The notes: a model not told the origin generated them from the letters alone. DNA of 64,000 bases from an uncultured Planctomycetota bacterium (GCA_963719315.1 CAVRBU010000002.1:384001-448000), one strand, 5' to 3'. Numbered from the stretch's first letter, positions 33,805-44,454 are shown. Made by a program: numbers and translations.

Positions 33805-34273
33805 GTGTTCCATGTCGCCAAAGTCTGCGCACTATTGGCAACGCTATTGTACTCCGGTTGCGCGAGTCCGCTCGGCGGGCACAAATCGTGTGCAGCGTGT
33901 TGCGCACCGGTGGGCCAATGCGATGAATGCGATACCGCCGATTGCGATCGGTGTGAGAGTTGTGAATTGCCCACCGGCGCCTCGTGCGCGAATTGCCATC
34001 CACTAATGCTTGAGCGGTGCACTGCAGCCGTCCAATGTTATGGCAGTTCTTGTTGCTGCGGCGCTTGGCACCACGTGGAGCCATGCGTATGCTGGCCGGT
34101 CAAAAAGTGTTGTCACGTGGTGAATTTCTGCGCCGGATGGCTTCGCCGGCCCGCCCGATGGTCCCTGCCCCAGCAGTTTCCATGCCGTGCCCACGCATCC
34201 GGTTTTTGAGGCGGTGCCGGAGAAACCAATGATGTACCCAGCGGAACCATCGGGCGAGATCGCGGCCCCGTGA
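33805..34273 (+). CDS. Cys-rich lipoprotein-like protein (apparent frameshift near 34131; start uncertain)
   Basis: LYSGC lipobox, many CxxC; shifted frame gives FHAVPTHPVF then stop at 34273. Confidence 0.55.
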
Positions 34274-34604
34274 AAACGACGCTATCCGCGGCGGAAGCGG
34301 GGAGATCGCAAACGGTGGCACAAGTCGATAGCGCTCTGGCCGCGCATTCACTGCTGTCGGACGTTTCTTTGCCGCGGGAGCATCTGCAAGTGTCAAGCTA
34401 GGGCGACTGTACGTACCCGAATTGCAGTGTTTAAGCCGGAATTAGCGGCTGGCCGATCTTGCCTGCATGGCGTCGTGTGCTCGCGGACCGAGGTCTTGGA
34501 TGACCTGGCATGCGAAGTAGAGCCGCCGTCGCCTTGGCACATGGTCTAGACCCGGCTCGATCAGCGTCGAGCCACCCGATCGAACCCGCCCGGCACCGCT
34601 GCTG

Positions 34605-36041
34605 ATGACCCACCCACCGCGCGCCCGCCGTCGAAGTTCCCGCGCTCGATTTGCGCTGGTTACGCTCACGTTTGCCCTGGGCGTCGGTCTCATGCTCAAC
34701 GCGGGCGGCCCTTCGCCAGCACATGAAATTTCCCCGCAGCGCATGTCGCTCGTAGTAGTCGCCGTGCGTCAAGCTCGGCCCTCCGTGGTTAGCATCCGCG
34801 GGCAAAAGACGGTCGTCGAAGCAGTCACTTCGGCGGATTCAGCAGAGATCTCCGAATCGCCGCGGCAAGTGAACGGCATGGGCACGGGCACCATCATCGA
34901 TGAGCGGGGCTACATCCTCACAAATTATCACGTCGTTTCCGACGTCCGCCGGATCGAAGTCACGCTCGACGATGGTCGCGGCGCGATCGCCGAAATGGTG
35001 GCCTACGATTCGGCCGCCGATCTGGCGGTAATTAAGATTCCCACAACCAAACCACTCTCTGTGATCCGCATCGGCACGTCTTCCGACCTGATGGTGGGCG
35101 AATCGGTGATCGCGCTCGGCAACGCGTTCGGCTACGAACAGACCGTGACGCGGGGCGTCATCAGTGCACTTGGCCGGGACGTGCAGGTGAGCGATACGCA
35201 ATCGTACGACGACCTGATTCAGACGGACGCCAGCATCAACCCTGGCAACTCCGGTGGTCCGCTGCTGAACATCGACGGCGAGATGGTCGGCGTCAACGTG
35301 GCCGTACGGGCCGGGGCCCAAGGCATCGGGTTCGCGATCCCGATCGACAGCGCACTCAACGTCGCTTCGAAGTTGCTAAACGTGCAACGGATGCGCAGTC
35401 GGTGGCATGGGATGGTAACGCAGGCCGAAGACAGCCCCGATGGACCGCTCCTGGTCTCCAAAGTCGAACGCGCGAGCCCGGCCGAACGAGTCGGCATCCA
35501 ACCCGGCGACGAGATCGTGCGGGTTGGCAAACAAACGGTCACGCGCCCACTGGATTTGGAGCGGGCGTTTCTCGATCGCGCGCTGGGCGAGCCAGTGTCG
35601 GTCGAAGTTCGCCGCGGCGGGCAGAATATCACCCTGGATCTCGCGCTTTCCGATTCGCCGGTGAAAACTGTGGCGCCGCCGCCCGTGTTGGCCGGGGATG
35701 ATGCCCGCATGTGGGATGTATTTGGGCTGAATCTCAGTGTGGAACCGCGCAGTACGTTTGATCGCCGCAGCACGCGCTACCGAGGCGGCATGCACGTCAA
35801 TAGCGTGCGGCCGAACAGTCCGGCCGCGCAGGAAGGGATTCTGCCCGGCGATATTCTCGTCGGCATGCACAAGTGGGAGACAGCGTCCGATCAGGACATT
35901 CAGTACATCATCTCGCGGCCCAATCTCGACCAACTGGGCAAGCTGAAATTCTACGTCCTCCGCGGCCAGAATACGCTCTACGGCCACATCAACGTGGCGG
36001 CGAAACCGGGCGGCCTCGACCAGGCCACGGCTCGGCATTGA
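34605..36041 (+). CDS. HtrA/DegP-like serine protease with two PDZ domains
   Basis: TNYHVV, DLAVIKI, QTDASINPGNSGGPL. Confidence 0.93.
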   Translation: MTHPPRARRRSSRARFALVTLTFALGVGLMLNAGGPSPAHEISPQRMSLVVVAVRQARPSVVSIRGQKTVVEAVTSADSAEISESPRQVNGMGTGTIIDERGYILTNYHVVSDVRRIEVTLDDGRGAIAEMVAYDSAADLAVIKIPTTKPLSVIRIGTSSDLMVGESVIALGNAFGYEQTVTRGVISALGRDVQVSDTQSYDDLIQTDASINPGNSGGPLLNIDGEMVGVNVAVRAGAQGIGFAIPIDSALNVASKLLNVQRMRSRWHGMVTQAEDSPDGPLLVSKVERASPAERVGIQPGDEIVRVGKQTVTRPLDLERAFLDRALGEPVSVEVRRGGQNITLDLALSDSPVKTVAPPPVLAGDDARMWDVFGLNLSVEPRSTFDRRSTRYRGGMHVNSVRPNSPAAQEGILPGDILVGMHKWETASDQDIQYIISRPNLDQLGKLKFYVLRGQNTLYGHINVAAKPGGLDQATARH

Positions 36042-36135
36042 TCCTCTAGCCGATCTATTCTGGGCCGGAGTTCCTCCCGAACGAAACAGTCAGGCTATGT
36101 AGTCGGGCGGCGTTCCGACGTTTAGATTGGAGCGC

Positions 36136-37073
36136 ATGGAACTCGAATTCATTCAGTGGCTCCGCGCGCACGTTCCGGCAGACCCGCGCGCAAACTCGGC
36201 TTGAGCGACGACGCCGCGTTGTTGTCGTTGAGCGGGGGCGGCGAGATAGTGGTCACGACCGATTTGTTGACGGACGGCGTCGATTTTGAGCTCGGGAAGC
36301 ACGAGCCGGGGCGTATCGGCCGTCAGGCGATGGCTGCTAATTTGAGCGATCTTGCTGCGATGGCCGCTAAACCGCAGACGGCCTTTATTTCGGTGGCGCT
36401 GCCGCGCGAGAGTGGCGGTGGTCCGTTGGCGTTGGCCATTGGTTTGCACGAAGGGATATTGCAACTGGCGGCGGAGTTTGACGTCGCAATCGCAGGCGGC
36501 GACACCAACACTTATGATGGCCCGCTCGTTCTCAGCGTCACCGCGCTGGGCGAAACCACCAGCGGCCGACCACTCACGCGGTCCGGCGGTAGGCCCGGCG
36601 ACTGGTTACTTGTCACTGGCGCGCTCGGCGGCAGCATCCTGGGCCATATGCTCGATTTCACACCCCGTGTTCGTGAGGCGATGTTGCTTCACGAGCGGTA
36701 TGAGCTTAACGCGGGTATCGACATCAGCGACGGCCTCGCGCTCGACGCCTCGCGACTCGCGCAGGAAAGTGGGTGCGGCGCACTGCTGAATTTGGACCGC
36801 GTGCCAATTTCGCAGGACGCTATTCGGCTATCCGAATTGGACGGCGCCGCGGATATTCCAACCGCAGCGCTGCATCACGCACTTGGTGACGGCCAGGATT
36901 TCGAACTGCTCATCGCCGCCAGCCCAGTAGTTGCCGAGCAGATTCTCAACGAGCGACCGATCGAGTGTGAGATCGCGCATGTCGGCAAATTAGTATCTGA
37001 GCCTGGGCTGTGGCAAAAGATGCCCGACGGTCCACAAATCCCGTTGGAACCCACCGGCTGGCGGCACGAATGA
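36136..37073 (+). CDS. thiL: Thiamine-monophosphate kinase (apparent 1-bp deletion near 36192)
   Basis: MELEFIQWLR start in a different frame; DDAA, NLSDLAAM, GGDT, DISDGL. Confidence 0.88.
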
Positions 37074-37074
37074 A

Positions 37075-37536
37075 ATGTCCACCTTCACTGCCCATAACGA
37101 ACAGGATACGGATCGCCTCGGCGCGGCGCTTGCTGCGGTGTTGCCGCCGGGAACGGTCGTAGGCCTGATCGGCACGCTAGGCGCTGGGAAGACTCGGTTG
37201 GTGCAAGCGGTGGCCGCGGCCGTTGGCGTGCCGCGAGCAAACGTCACCAGCCCCACGTTCGTGCTTGTGAACGAATACACGGGCGGCAGGCTGCCCATTT
37301 ACCACTTCGACACGTACCGGCTCAAAGACGATGATGAGTTTTTGAACCTTGGACCGGATGAATACTTCGATTCAAACGGTCTGACGTTTATCGAATGGGC
37401 CGATCGTGTAGCGGAATTGCTCCCGGCGGAGCGGCTGGAGATTACGATTGAAGTTGTGGGCGAATCCAAGCGCAAGATTTCAATCCGCGGGACGACAACC
37501 GCGCTTGAGGAACTTGTCAAAGGTGTTCGGGTATAA
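37075..37536 (+). CDS. tsaE: tRNA threonylcarbamoyladenosine biosynthesis ATPase
   Basis: GTLGAGKT, SPTF, HFDTYRL, IEWA. Confidence 0.95.
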   Translation: MSTFTAHNEQDTDRLGAALAAVLPPGTVVGLIGTLGAGKTRLVQAVAAAVGVPRANVTSPTFVLVNEYTGGRLPIYHFDTYRLKDDDEFLNLGPDEYFDSNGLTFIEWADRVAELLPAERLEITIEVVGESKRKISIRGTTTALEELVKGVRV

Positions 37537-37554
37537 AGGAAGCACATAGACGAC

Positions 37555-38277
37555 ATGTACTTTCGTACCATCACAGAGATTTACATTAGCGAAACTTCCT
37601 GGGCGGAACTGCCGGCACCCATCACTCAACAGTTTTCGGAGGTCGAAACTCGCGCTTATGCTGATGGCGCGCCGTTTTTTAAGCACTTGGCACAAGAACT
37701 GGGTGAACCAGCCTTATCATCGCTATTCAGCCGTCTGGACGATGACCATCCCATGCGAGTCTACGTTGAAGCTGAGAATGGTGGACCGCCATTCGTATGG
37801 TTTGGTTTTACATACCCCGGAAATCTCGTCCATCAATCACAGTTTCGGCTGGCGACCGATAAACGGCTGCCAATCTCATTGCCGCCGCGACTGGATCGGC
37901 TTTACAGAGCATTCAGCGGCTTTCGCTACAATCCAGGCGATTGCGGCGGCTTGGTGCCACCGGAAAAGGTAACCGCCTTGAGCGCTGTATCGCGTGGACA
38001 TCGTGGCGGTCAGAAAGTTGACGCTTCCGGGTACTTCGGATTGCTATCCTACGGCAACGGCGATTTCGTATGTTTGAATAATGCCGGCCATTGCGTAATG
38101 TTCGACCACGAACAATCCGCAATTGGCGAATTCAGTCTCGATGTCGCTTTGAACGGGTTACTAAGCCGAACCACCAAACCATGCGATATCAAGACCAATA
38201 CAGAGGGTCGTCGGTTGCTTAACATTAAAACTCATATCGATCGCTCCTGGGCGGCATGGATTTTCAGATTTGGATAA
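37555..38277 (+). CDS. Hypothetical protein, SMI1/KNR4 (SUKH)-like
   Basis: LPPRLDRLY...GNGDFVCL...VMFDHE resembles the SUKH pattern; AT-richer than flanks. Confidence 0.5.
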   Translation: MYFRTITEIYISETSWAELPAPITQQFSEVETRAYADGAPFFKHLAQELGEPALSSLFSRLDDDHPMRVYVEAENGGPPFVWFGFTYPGNLVHQSQFRLATDKRLPISLPPRLDRLYRAFSGFRYNPGDCGGLVPPEKVTALSAVSRGHRGGQKVDASGYFGLLSYGNGDFVCLNNAGHCVMFDHEQSAIGEFSLDVALNGLLSRTTKPCDIKTNTEGRRLLNIKTHIDRSWAAWIFRFG

Positions 38278-38347
38278 TTGAAACTAAGATGAGTTTTGTC
38301 TCTCGAAGCGATCATGTGTTGTGGTCGACGCAACCGCAATGTCGATA

Positions 38348-39457
38348 TTACTTTTTCATCGCCTCTGCAACGTACTCCGCTTGCCGGCGCATTTGTTCGT
38401 CCGCTTCCCGTCGCTGGCGATGGCTACGGGACCAGTCTATCAGGGCCAGGCGGATTGCCCAGCCGGTACTTTTCTTCATCTTTCCTCGCTTCTCGGCTTT
38501 CCATAGTTGGTAGTCCGCAAGGCAAGGCAAAGTTCCCAAGTGTTTTGCGGCCAGCCAGGCGACGACCAGCCTGCCAACCGTGCTCATATTGCCCAGGCCA
38601 CGATCCGCAAGATACGATTCGTAGGAAAGTTCCGGGTGCTGCGCGCGTAACTCTGCCCGTTCTCTTAACGTCCGCGATAACCAGCCCTCGCCTCTTTCAG
38701 CTCGCCGCTTTTCGTCGCGCTGCTGCTTGGCCCGCGCCCGGCTGGCTTTTCTGGCAGGCGCTTCCAATTCCAGGCGGTAGCAAATTATTCCAGCCAACAG
38801 CATCCCGGCCAGCAGGCCCAGCGGACAGCCCAAGTCTGGCCCGCACACGAGTATGAGAATGAGCGCGAACGGAACATACACAATCATTCCCAAGAGCACC
38901 GTTCCGCAGCCCCAAGTGGACCAACTGAATTGTGGCTGCGACTGTTTGAATTTTGCTCCCACCCCGGGATGGCTTACGCAACTCGGCTGCGGATTGTAGC
39001 TGCTCCAGCAGTCGACGTTGGTTGTTGTTCGCTCTCCGCGAATGTGCGGTTGATTGGCTCTCACCAGCAACTTTCCCTGATTGTGGACGGGAACCAGGCT
39101 CCTGCCGGGAGGGAGCGGCGAGTTCTTCGGCGGATCTCGGCGGTGGACATCATCGACCCCGTTTGCGAGCGAATTGGTGGACGAATCCGCCGATGTCAAT
39201 CGGTTTTCGCGGATGAACTGGTCAAGTCCAGCAGCGATCTTTCGATCGATTCGGCGTGTCTCCGTTTCATCGGGTATGAGCCGAATGACAAAGTTTTTGC
39301 GACATGCGGGGCAGGCGGCCATTCTTCCTTCGAAAAGCCGCTGGGAAATCCTGCGCTTATCTCGTTGCGACGAAACGCGGAACTTTGTACCGCAGTGGGG
39401 GCAGCGCGTGACATTGAAGACCGCCGTTCGGTAAAATTCGTTGACGTCCAAGATCAT
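38348..39457 (-). CDS. Hypothetical membrane protein with N-terminal zinc ribbon
   Basis: CPHCGTKF...CPACRKNF, two TM helices, charged tail. Confidence 0.65.
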   Translation of the reverse strand: MILDVNEFYRTAVFNVTRCPHCGTKFRVSSQRDKRRISQRLFEGRMAACPACRKNFVIRLIPDETETRRIDRKIAAGLDQFIRENRLTSADSSTNSLANGVDDVHRRDPPKNSPLPPGRSLVPVHNQGKLLVRANQPHIRGERTTTNVDCWSSYNPQPSCVSHPGVGAKFKQSQPQFSWSTWGCGTVLLGMIVYVPFALILILVCGPDLGCPLGLLAGMLLAGIICYRLELEAPARKASRARAKQQRDEKRRAERGEGWLSRTLRERAELRAQHPELSYESYLADRGLGNMSTVGRLVVAWLAAKHLGTLPCLADYQLWKAEKRGKMKKSTGWAIRLALIDWSRSHRQRREADEQMRRQAEYVAEAMKK

Positions 39458-39498
39458 GGCCTCGCGACAGGTGGAGGGAGTTCGAATTAACGCAAGTT

Positions 39499-41829
39499 TC
39501 AGCCGAGGAGCCGGCGGTTCGGGCCGTGCTTTTGAATCGTGTGCACTTTGGCGAGCAGATTGGCGAACAAGTAGTGCGGCACGAGCGGCGTGTAGCTGCC
39601 GGCGAACTCCGGGTGATCGATGTATGGCCGGATTTCATCGAACCGGTTATTTGCCAGCGCGCCGGTTACGTGCAGGAGCGCGTTATGGATCACTCGCCGG
39701 AAAAGACCACCAGGTATGGGCGCAGTGAGCTTCTTCGGTTGGCATTCGCGCTCGTCATCAGAAAGCACCGGTTTGGATTCGATGCGCTCTCGCCAGACAT
39801 CCGGGTCGAGCATTCCTTTCACAAATTCCGGCTCGCCATCGGCCAGCGCCGCCAGCAGCGAAATGTAATCGTTGTAATAAGCGATGTCATCGGTCGAGCC
39901 GGCCATTAGCCAACGCTTTGTCGCTTCGACAGAATGGCCCGGATGGCTGTCATCCGTCGGCGGCCAACCGAATCGACCTCGAAACATTGTGTGTGCCGCG
40001 GACAACCAATCCACGTCGCCATAGCAGGAGATTCTCCAATGGATTTGACTATTCTCGACTGTGTAGTCGATCGACGGCTCGCCCCACGTGAATCGATTGA
40101 ACTCGCTCGGGTTGAGCGCGCGCGGCAGGGGCGTGAGCTTGGCTTTGAGAATTCCGCGGAGCCGGCTGGCGGCGCTGGTCCATTCGTCGATGGTTCGAAG
40201 CTTTTTGGTCCATCCGTGGGAATCAGGTTCCAGGTGGGCTGTGAAAATGTCCGGGTCGCGCTTGGCGATAGCGGGCAGCAAATTATCGATGAGCCCCGTG
40301 ATTTGGCCGATCACCCGATCAATCTCCGTCTGCCATTCCGCGTCGGATAACTGGATCGCAGGCCGCGGTTTGAGACGCCAACCGCTCGGCGTTTCTTCGT
40401 AACGATTCCAATGGACGACAGTTTCGTACCAATCGTGCCGCCGGCCAATCCATTCGTATTCATCTTCCCAGCCGCCTTTCAAAAGGTGCAAACCTTCCAT
40501 CCAGTTGTGTGGCAGCGCGGGAAACTCGCCCTCTCGCACTTCGAAATACGCGCACCATGGCCGCGCTACGCGCAGCACGAACTTCGTGCCCGGCACGCGA
40601 ACGCCACTACCGGCCAGACCAACGCGCAAAGCTCGCTGGCGGTCCTCATTCAGGTCGAGCGCATTGAGATTGAGATGCGCCGAGCACCCATCGAACTCGG
40701 CAAAATCGTTTGGTTGGTCAGGCGCAAAGCGTGGCCGCAGGACTTGCCATAGCTCGCGCTCCTGCGCTTCCGCCGACTTGTGCTCGATGTAATCGAGGTA
40801 CGTGAATTCGCGCCACCGTGGATCGGAATGGTCCCAATCAGGTTGCGGAGGTTTTGCTGCCTCGTCCTGAGCCAGTTTTGCAGCCGCTTGGGCACCTATG
40901 GCCGCGAACCCGTCGGCGGTCACCGTCAAGTCTTTCTTACTCGCCGCTTCGCGCACGTGCCGCCGAACATCCATAAGTATTTCCACCTTTGCCAGCAAGA
41001 TCGCGAACAACTGGCGCAGAGTGGACCAGGAACTCCGACCTTCGTACTCGGAGTGCTGTAAGTAGCGGCGAATTTCCATGAAATGGTTGTTCGCCAGCGC
41101 GGTAATCACGTTCTGAACCGCCTCATGCAACTCGAAACGGAACTGCCCATTGAGACGAGCTAGTTCCATTTCGCGCTCGGTATCGGTGAGTCCATGATTC
41201 GTGGATATTCGTTCTCGCCAGTTCTCTACGTCGACGATCGACTTCGCGAACTCGGGATCGCGGTCGGCAATCGCCGAGAGCACTTCGCGTAAGCCGTCGT
41301 GCATCCGCCGATCCCGGACCGAACACGCAAGCAGCCACTGCTTCGTTGCCTCGATTGAGCGCTCGATGTCATTTACACCGCTGGGTCGGCACTCTTTAGG
41401 TACACGGGTTCCATGGCCGGCCGCGTCGAGCCATCCTAGCCCTATCGACCAGCACAACTGCCAGCGAACTCGGCCGTTTTCGATTGCAAAGTCGAACGCC
41501 GGCTGCGGCCAATTGCCGTCAAAGTGAAAGTAATCGAACTCAGACCGGTCGAGCACCGGCGGCCCTTCGCTCGAATCGACCGTATTGAGAATGCTGCGCA
41601 AGCGGATCGTCGCGTCTTGCCATTCGCGCAGTGTCGGCGGACCTGCGCCGCTTGGCAGTTCGGAGAACGTGTCGGGATCGCGAGCTGCCATGACCGGCAG
41701 CAGGTCGTGGATGAATTCCGTCAGTTCATCAAGTACGCGGTCGACTTCCTTGTCGACCGCCTGTTCCGAAAGGACGTACAAATCGCTGATCGGCGAAACT
41801 TTGGATAATTCATTGTGGTCAGTTGGCAT
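39499..41829 (-). CDS. Large hypothetical protein with internal duplication of about 265 aa
   Basis: GAGGAGG RBS before ATG 41829; two alignable halves (see findings). Confidence 0.8.
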   Translation of the reverse strand: MPTDHNELSKVSPISDLYVLSEQAVDKEVDRVLDELTEFIHDLLPVMAARDPDTFSELPSGAGPPTLREWQDATIRLRSILNTVDSSEGPPVLDRSEFDYFHFDGNWPQPAFDFAIENGRVRWQLCWSIGLGWLDAAGHGTRVPKECRPSGVNDIERSIEATKQWLLACSVRDRRMHDGLREVLSAIADRDPEFAKSIVDVENWRERISTNHGLTDTEREMELARLNGQFRFELHEAVQNVITALANNHFMEIRRYLQHSEYEGRSSWSTLRQLFAILLAKVEILMDVRRHVREAASKKDLTVTADGFAAIGAQAAAKLAQDEAAKPPQPDWDHSDPRWREFTYLDYIEHKSAEAQERELWQVLRPRFAPDQPNDFAEFDGCSAHLNLNALDLNEDRQRALRVGLAGSGVRVPGTKFVLRVARPWCAYFEVREGEFPALPHNWMEGLHLLKGGWEDEYEWIGRRHDWYETVVHWNRYEETPSGWRLKPRPAIQLSDAEWQTEIDRVIGQITGLIDNLLPAIAKRDPDIFTAHLEPDSHGWTKKLRTIDEWTSAASRLRGILKAKLTPLPRALNPSEFNRFTWGEPSIDYTVENSQIHWRISCYGDVDWLSAAHTMFRGRFGWPPTDDSHPGHSVEATKRWLMAGSTDDIAYYNDYISLLAALADGEPEFVKGMLDPDVWRERIESKPVLSDDERECQPKKLTAPIPGGLFRRVIHNALLHVTGALANNRFDEIRPYIDHPEFAGSYTPLVPHYLFANLLAKVHTIQKHGPNRRLLG

Positions 41830-42259
41830 TGGGCGCATCCTCCTCGTGTTGTCCTTTGTCAGAATGAATCGCTTCATCTAAGTCCCAGTCGACCGTGATA
41901 AACCAGGTTTCAACTATGTTGTCGAGCATGTAGGCAATCTCGCGCAGAAACGATACATCGGCCAGCCGCGACTCGATCGCCTTGGGATTGGCCTCGGGTG
42001 CGATGACGCAGGCAGGTGCGCCCATTTCGCAAAGTTTTTCCTTCCGATAAACACCGACCGCATCAAAATAAACTTGTGCAGCGGCTGCTATAATGCAGTC
42101 GCCATACACCTCCTCGCGTGCCAGGCACCGCAGCTTGAGCTTTAGATTGAAGGCGCTCTCGCCATGATTGAGCAGCGGGAAGGGCCCAAATGGGAACTCC
42201 ACGCGATACAAGGCGACGCGCATCAATCGGGCAGTGGAAGTAGCGGGTTTTGTTTTCAA
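41819..42259 (-). CDS. Hypothetical protein
   Basis: Overlaps both neighbours (TTGA overlap upstream, 11-nt overlap downstream). Confidence 0.6.
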   Translation of the reverse strand: MKTKPATSTARLMRVALYRVEFPFGPFPLLNHGESAFNLKLKLRCLAREEVYGDCIIAAAAQVYFDAVGVYRKEKLCEMGAPACVIAPEANPKAIESRLADVSFLREIAYMLDNIVETWFITVDWDLDEAIHSDKGQHEEDAPNAN

Positions 42260-42717
42260 TGGCTGGTCTCCATCGGGTTTGAGGAAAGGGGAAATTCAGT
42301 AGCGGAGTTCTGCCGTGGCTCGGCGAGCCGGTCCAGCAACTCCTGCCAGGAGTACGTGGTCTCGGAATTGGTTCGCAGATTGCCGATTCGCACGTAGGGC
42401 CGCCAAGGGTTGGTCGATTCAAAAAAGTCGTGCACGAAGCGCAGCAGGGTTGTTTCGGTGTCGGCAGGCACGTCAAACTGGACTGAGATATAGTTGCCCT
42501 GGTCGCGGACCCGGATGAGCCCGCTACGGATGCCCAACATCCGTAGCTCATCCACGCCTTCGCGGGAGTATGGTGAAATCTGCTGGGCAGCTTCGATCGC
42601 GCGCGGATCTAGTCCAAGGTCGTTAAGCCGTGAGGCATCACGCATCGCCAGCTCGTGCCGTATTACCGAAATCCACTTTCGGTTTGAGGGGTTCAGCCAA
42701 TAGCCAGGGCCGGTCAT
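42256..42717 (-). CDS. Hypothetical protein (GYWLNP...HE...GLIRVR)
   Basis: ORF coupled to the downstream gene; no family recognised with confidence. Confidence 0.6.
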   Translation of the reverse strand: MTGPGYWLNPSNRKWISVIRHELAMRDASRLNDLGLDPRAIEAAQQISPYSREGVDELRMLGIRSGLIRVRDQGNYISVQFDVPADTETTLLRFVHDFFESTNPWRPYVRIGNLRTNSETTYSWQELLDRLAEPRQNSATEFPLSSNPMETSH

Positions 42718-43081
42718 CGAATCACCGTTGGTAGGTTGGAGAAATGGGAAGAACACAGAGAATGCGACGAGAATCCGGGGGCGAAGGAACCAAAAAACGG
42801 ACGCGCACAGCGACGCAAGAACACACACCGAAAAATCTCTTTTGGCACCGAACGCACTGTTTCAGAAGCCCCGCTAGAATCGCACCAAACGGCGCTAGAA
42901 CGGCTAATGCCTCAAACGCCTCTAGTACACAGTGTATGGACGAAACGCGATCCGAGCGATTACGCAGCCTTTGCTGCAGTGGCGGTTCATCTGGGGCGAT
43001 GACGCCCGGAGAGAAAGGGAGAAAAGCGGCGAGAAAGGGTCCGGAACCGAATCTGAGTTGTGTCCTTGAAATCGGTTCCTG

Positions 43082-44341
43082 TCACTGCTGATTCATTCTG
43101 CGAGCTGATTCTCCTCGCCGTTCCCAAAACGCCAAAACGGCGAAGGCCAGCAGGCAGAACGTGGTCGGTTCAGGGACATTTGTTTGGGAGGGGCCGGCGA
43201 GCGCAGAGCCGCTGCCGGGCGCGCCGAAATTGCTTCGCCACAGCGTGTACGCCTGCGGCGTGCCAATGCTTTTGCGCCAGACCACATAGTCGGCCGCGTC
43301 GACGGCGCCGTTGTTGTTGAAGTCGCCGTCCAAGCTGCCCGATACCACGGACCAGCCGACGTCGACCAATGCGCCGACATCCACGTTCGTTAGCTCGAAT
43401 CGCGTCACGCTGGGCGTGGAATTTGCCGTTGGCTCCATCAGCAAGTCCTGGAGGGTGTTCGCGCCAACGGTGCCGGCGTAATTCGGGCTGGCACTTGGGA
43501 AAATGAACGACTGGTAGGCGCCGTCCTGCCAGTGGTGGTTGGTCGCGCTAACTTCATTGAGCGCGGAAAGCGAGGCCGCGTTATCGCTGTTGTAGGCGGC
43601 GACCGCGTTCGTGCCCGAAAACTGTCCGCCGGAGGAATGACTGGTCCATTCCAGCCAACCGCTGCTCAGACCCAGCACGTGGCCGATCTCGTGCAAAGCG
43701 ATGCCGTAGAAATCAGTGCTGCCCTGGGGCGCCGCGGTATTCAGGTCGAAGTGCTAGGTGGTGCTGCCGTCGTTGTCGAAGGCGATCGAACCGCCCCAGA
43801 CAGGCAAGTTGTTGACGCTGCCCGTTGCGCGAAAGTCGCGGTTCAAATGCGAGCTGCCGCTGGTGAAGATCGGAGTGAAATTCGTGCCGGTGCCCGTCCC
43901 ACCTATGCCGGCGACGCTCAGCGAGCGTCCGCCCGCGTAGAGAATCCACTGATCGGCGGCAATCGCCCAAGGCCCGCGATATTCATTGGCAACAGCGGCG
44001 CCGGCGCCGACGATCGCATCGGTGGCTGCGCTGTTGGCCGCACTGACTTGAAAATCGGCGCCCGTGCTGGGATTCGTAAAACCGATTCGCGGGTCGTTGG
44101 CGTTATCCGTAAGCGTGGCGGCCGACAGGGACGTCGTAATAATCGCGCTGTAACGAGCCGCGGCCGCCTCCAAAACGTCCCTCTTCTGCTGGGTATTGAA
44201 GAAGGAATTGGTGTCGTAGCGGTAATCGACGGTGATATTGATCGCCGGGGCTTGATTGAGCGCGATGGTTGAGTGGAGGAACAGGCCCGCGAATGTGACA
44301 CGAGCCCAAAACCATCGGTGCTGGCGATTACTCGCGCCCAT
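43082..44341 (-). pseudogene. PEP-CTERM zinc metalloprotease with an in-frame TAG at 43754-43756
   Basis: Both ORFs share a frame: DGSTT*HFDL...HEIGHVLGL...HHW...LMEP...GDFNNNGAVDAADYVVWR...VPEP. Confidence 0.8.
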
Positions 44342-44454
44342 AGCTGGCCCTCACTGAAGGAATGGCGTTCATCATAGGGCAGGCAGCCGCGATGTGCAAA
44401 CTTGGACAGGCCATCGTCAGGGCCATTCATTTGTTGAATCAGGGGAAAGTAGTT

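Noticed and set aside
37555..43080. Prophage or integrative element
   Set aside because: No integrase, structural genes or att direct repeats found
43754..43756. Pyrrolysine or stop-codon reassignment
   Set aside because: TAG is a normal stop in many genes here, no pyl genes are seen, and a single transition explains it
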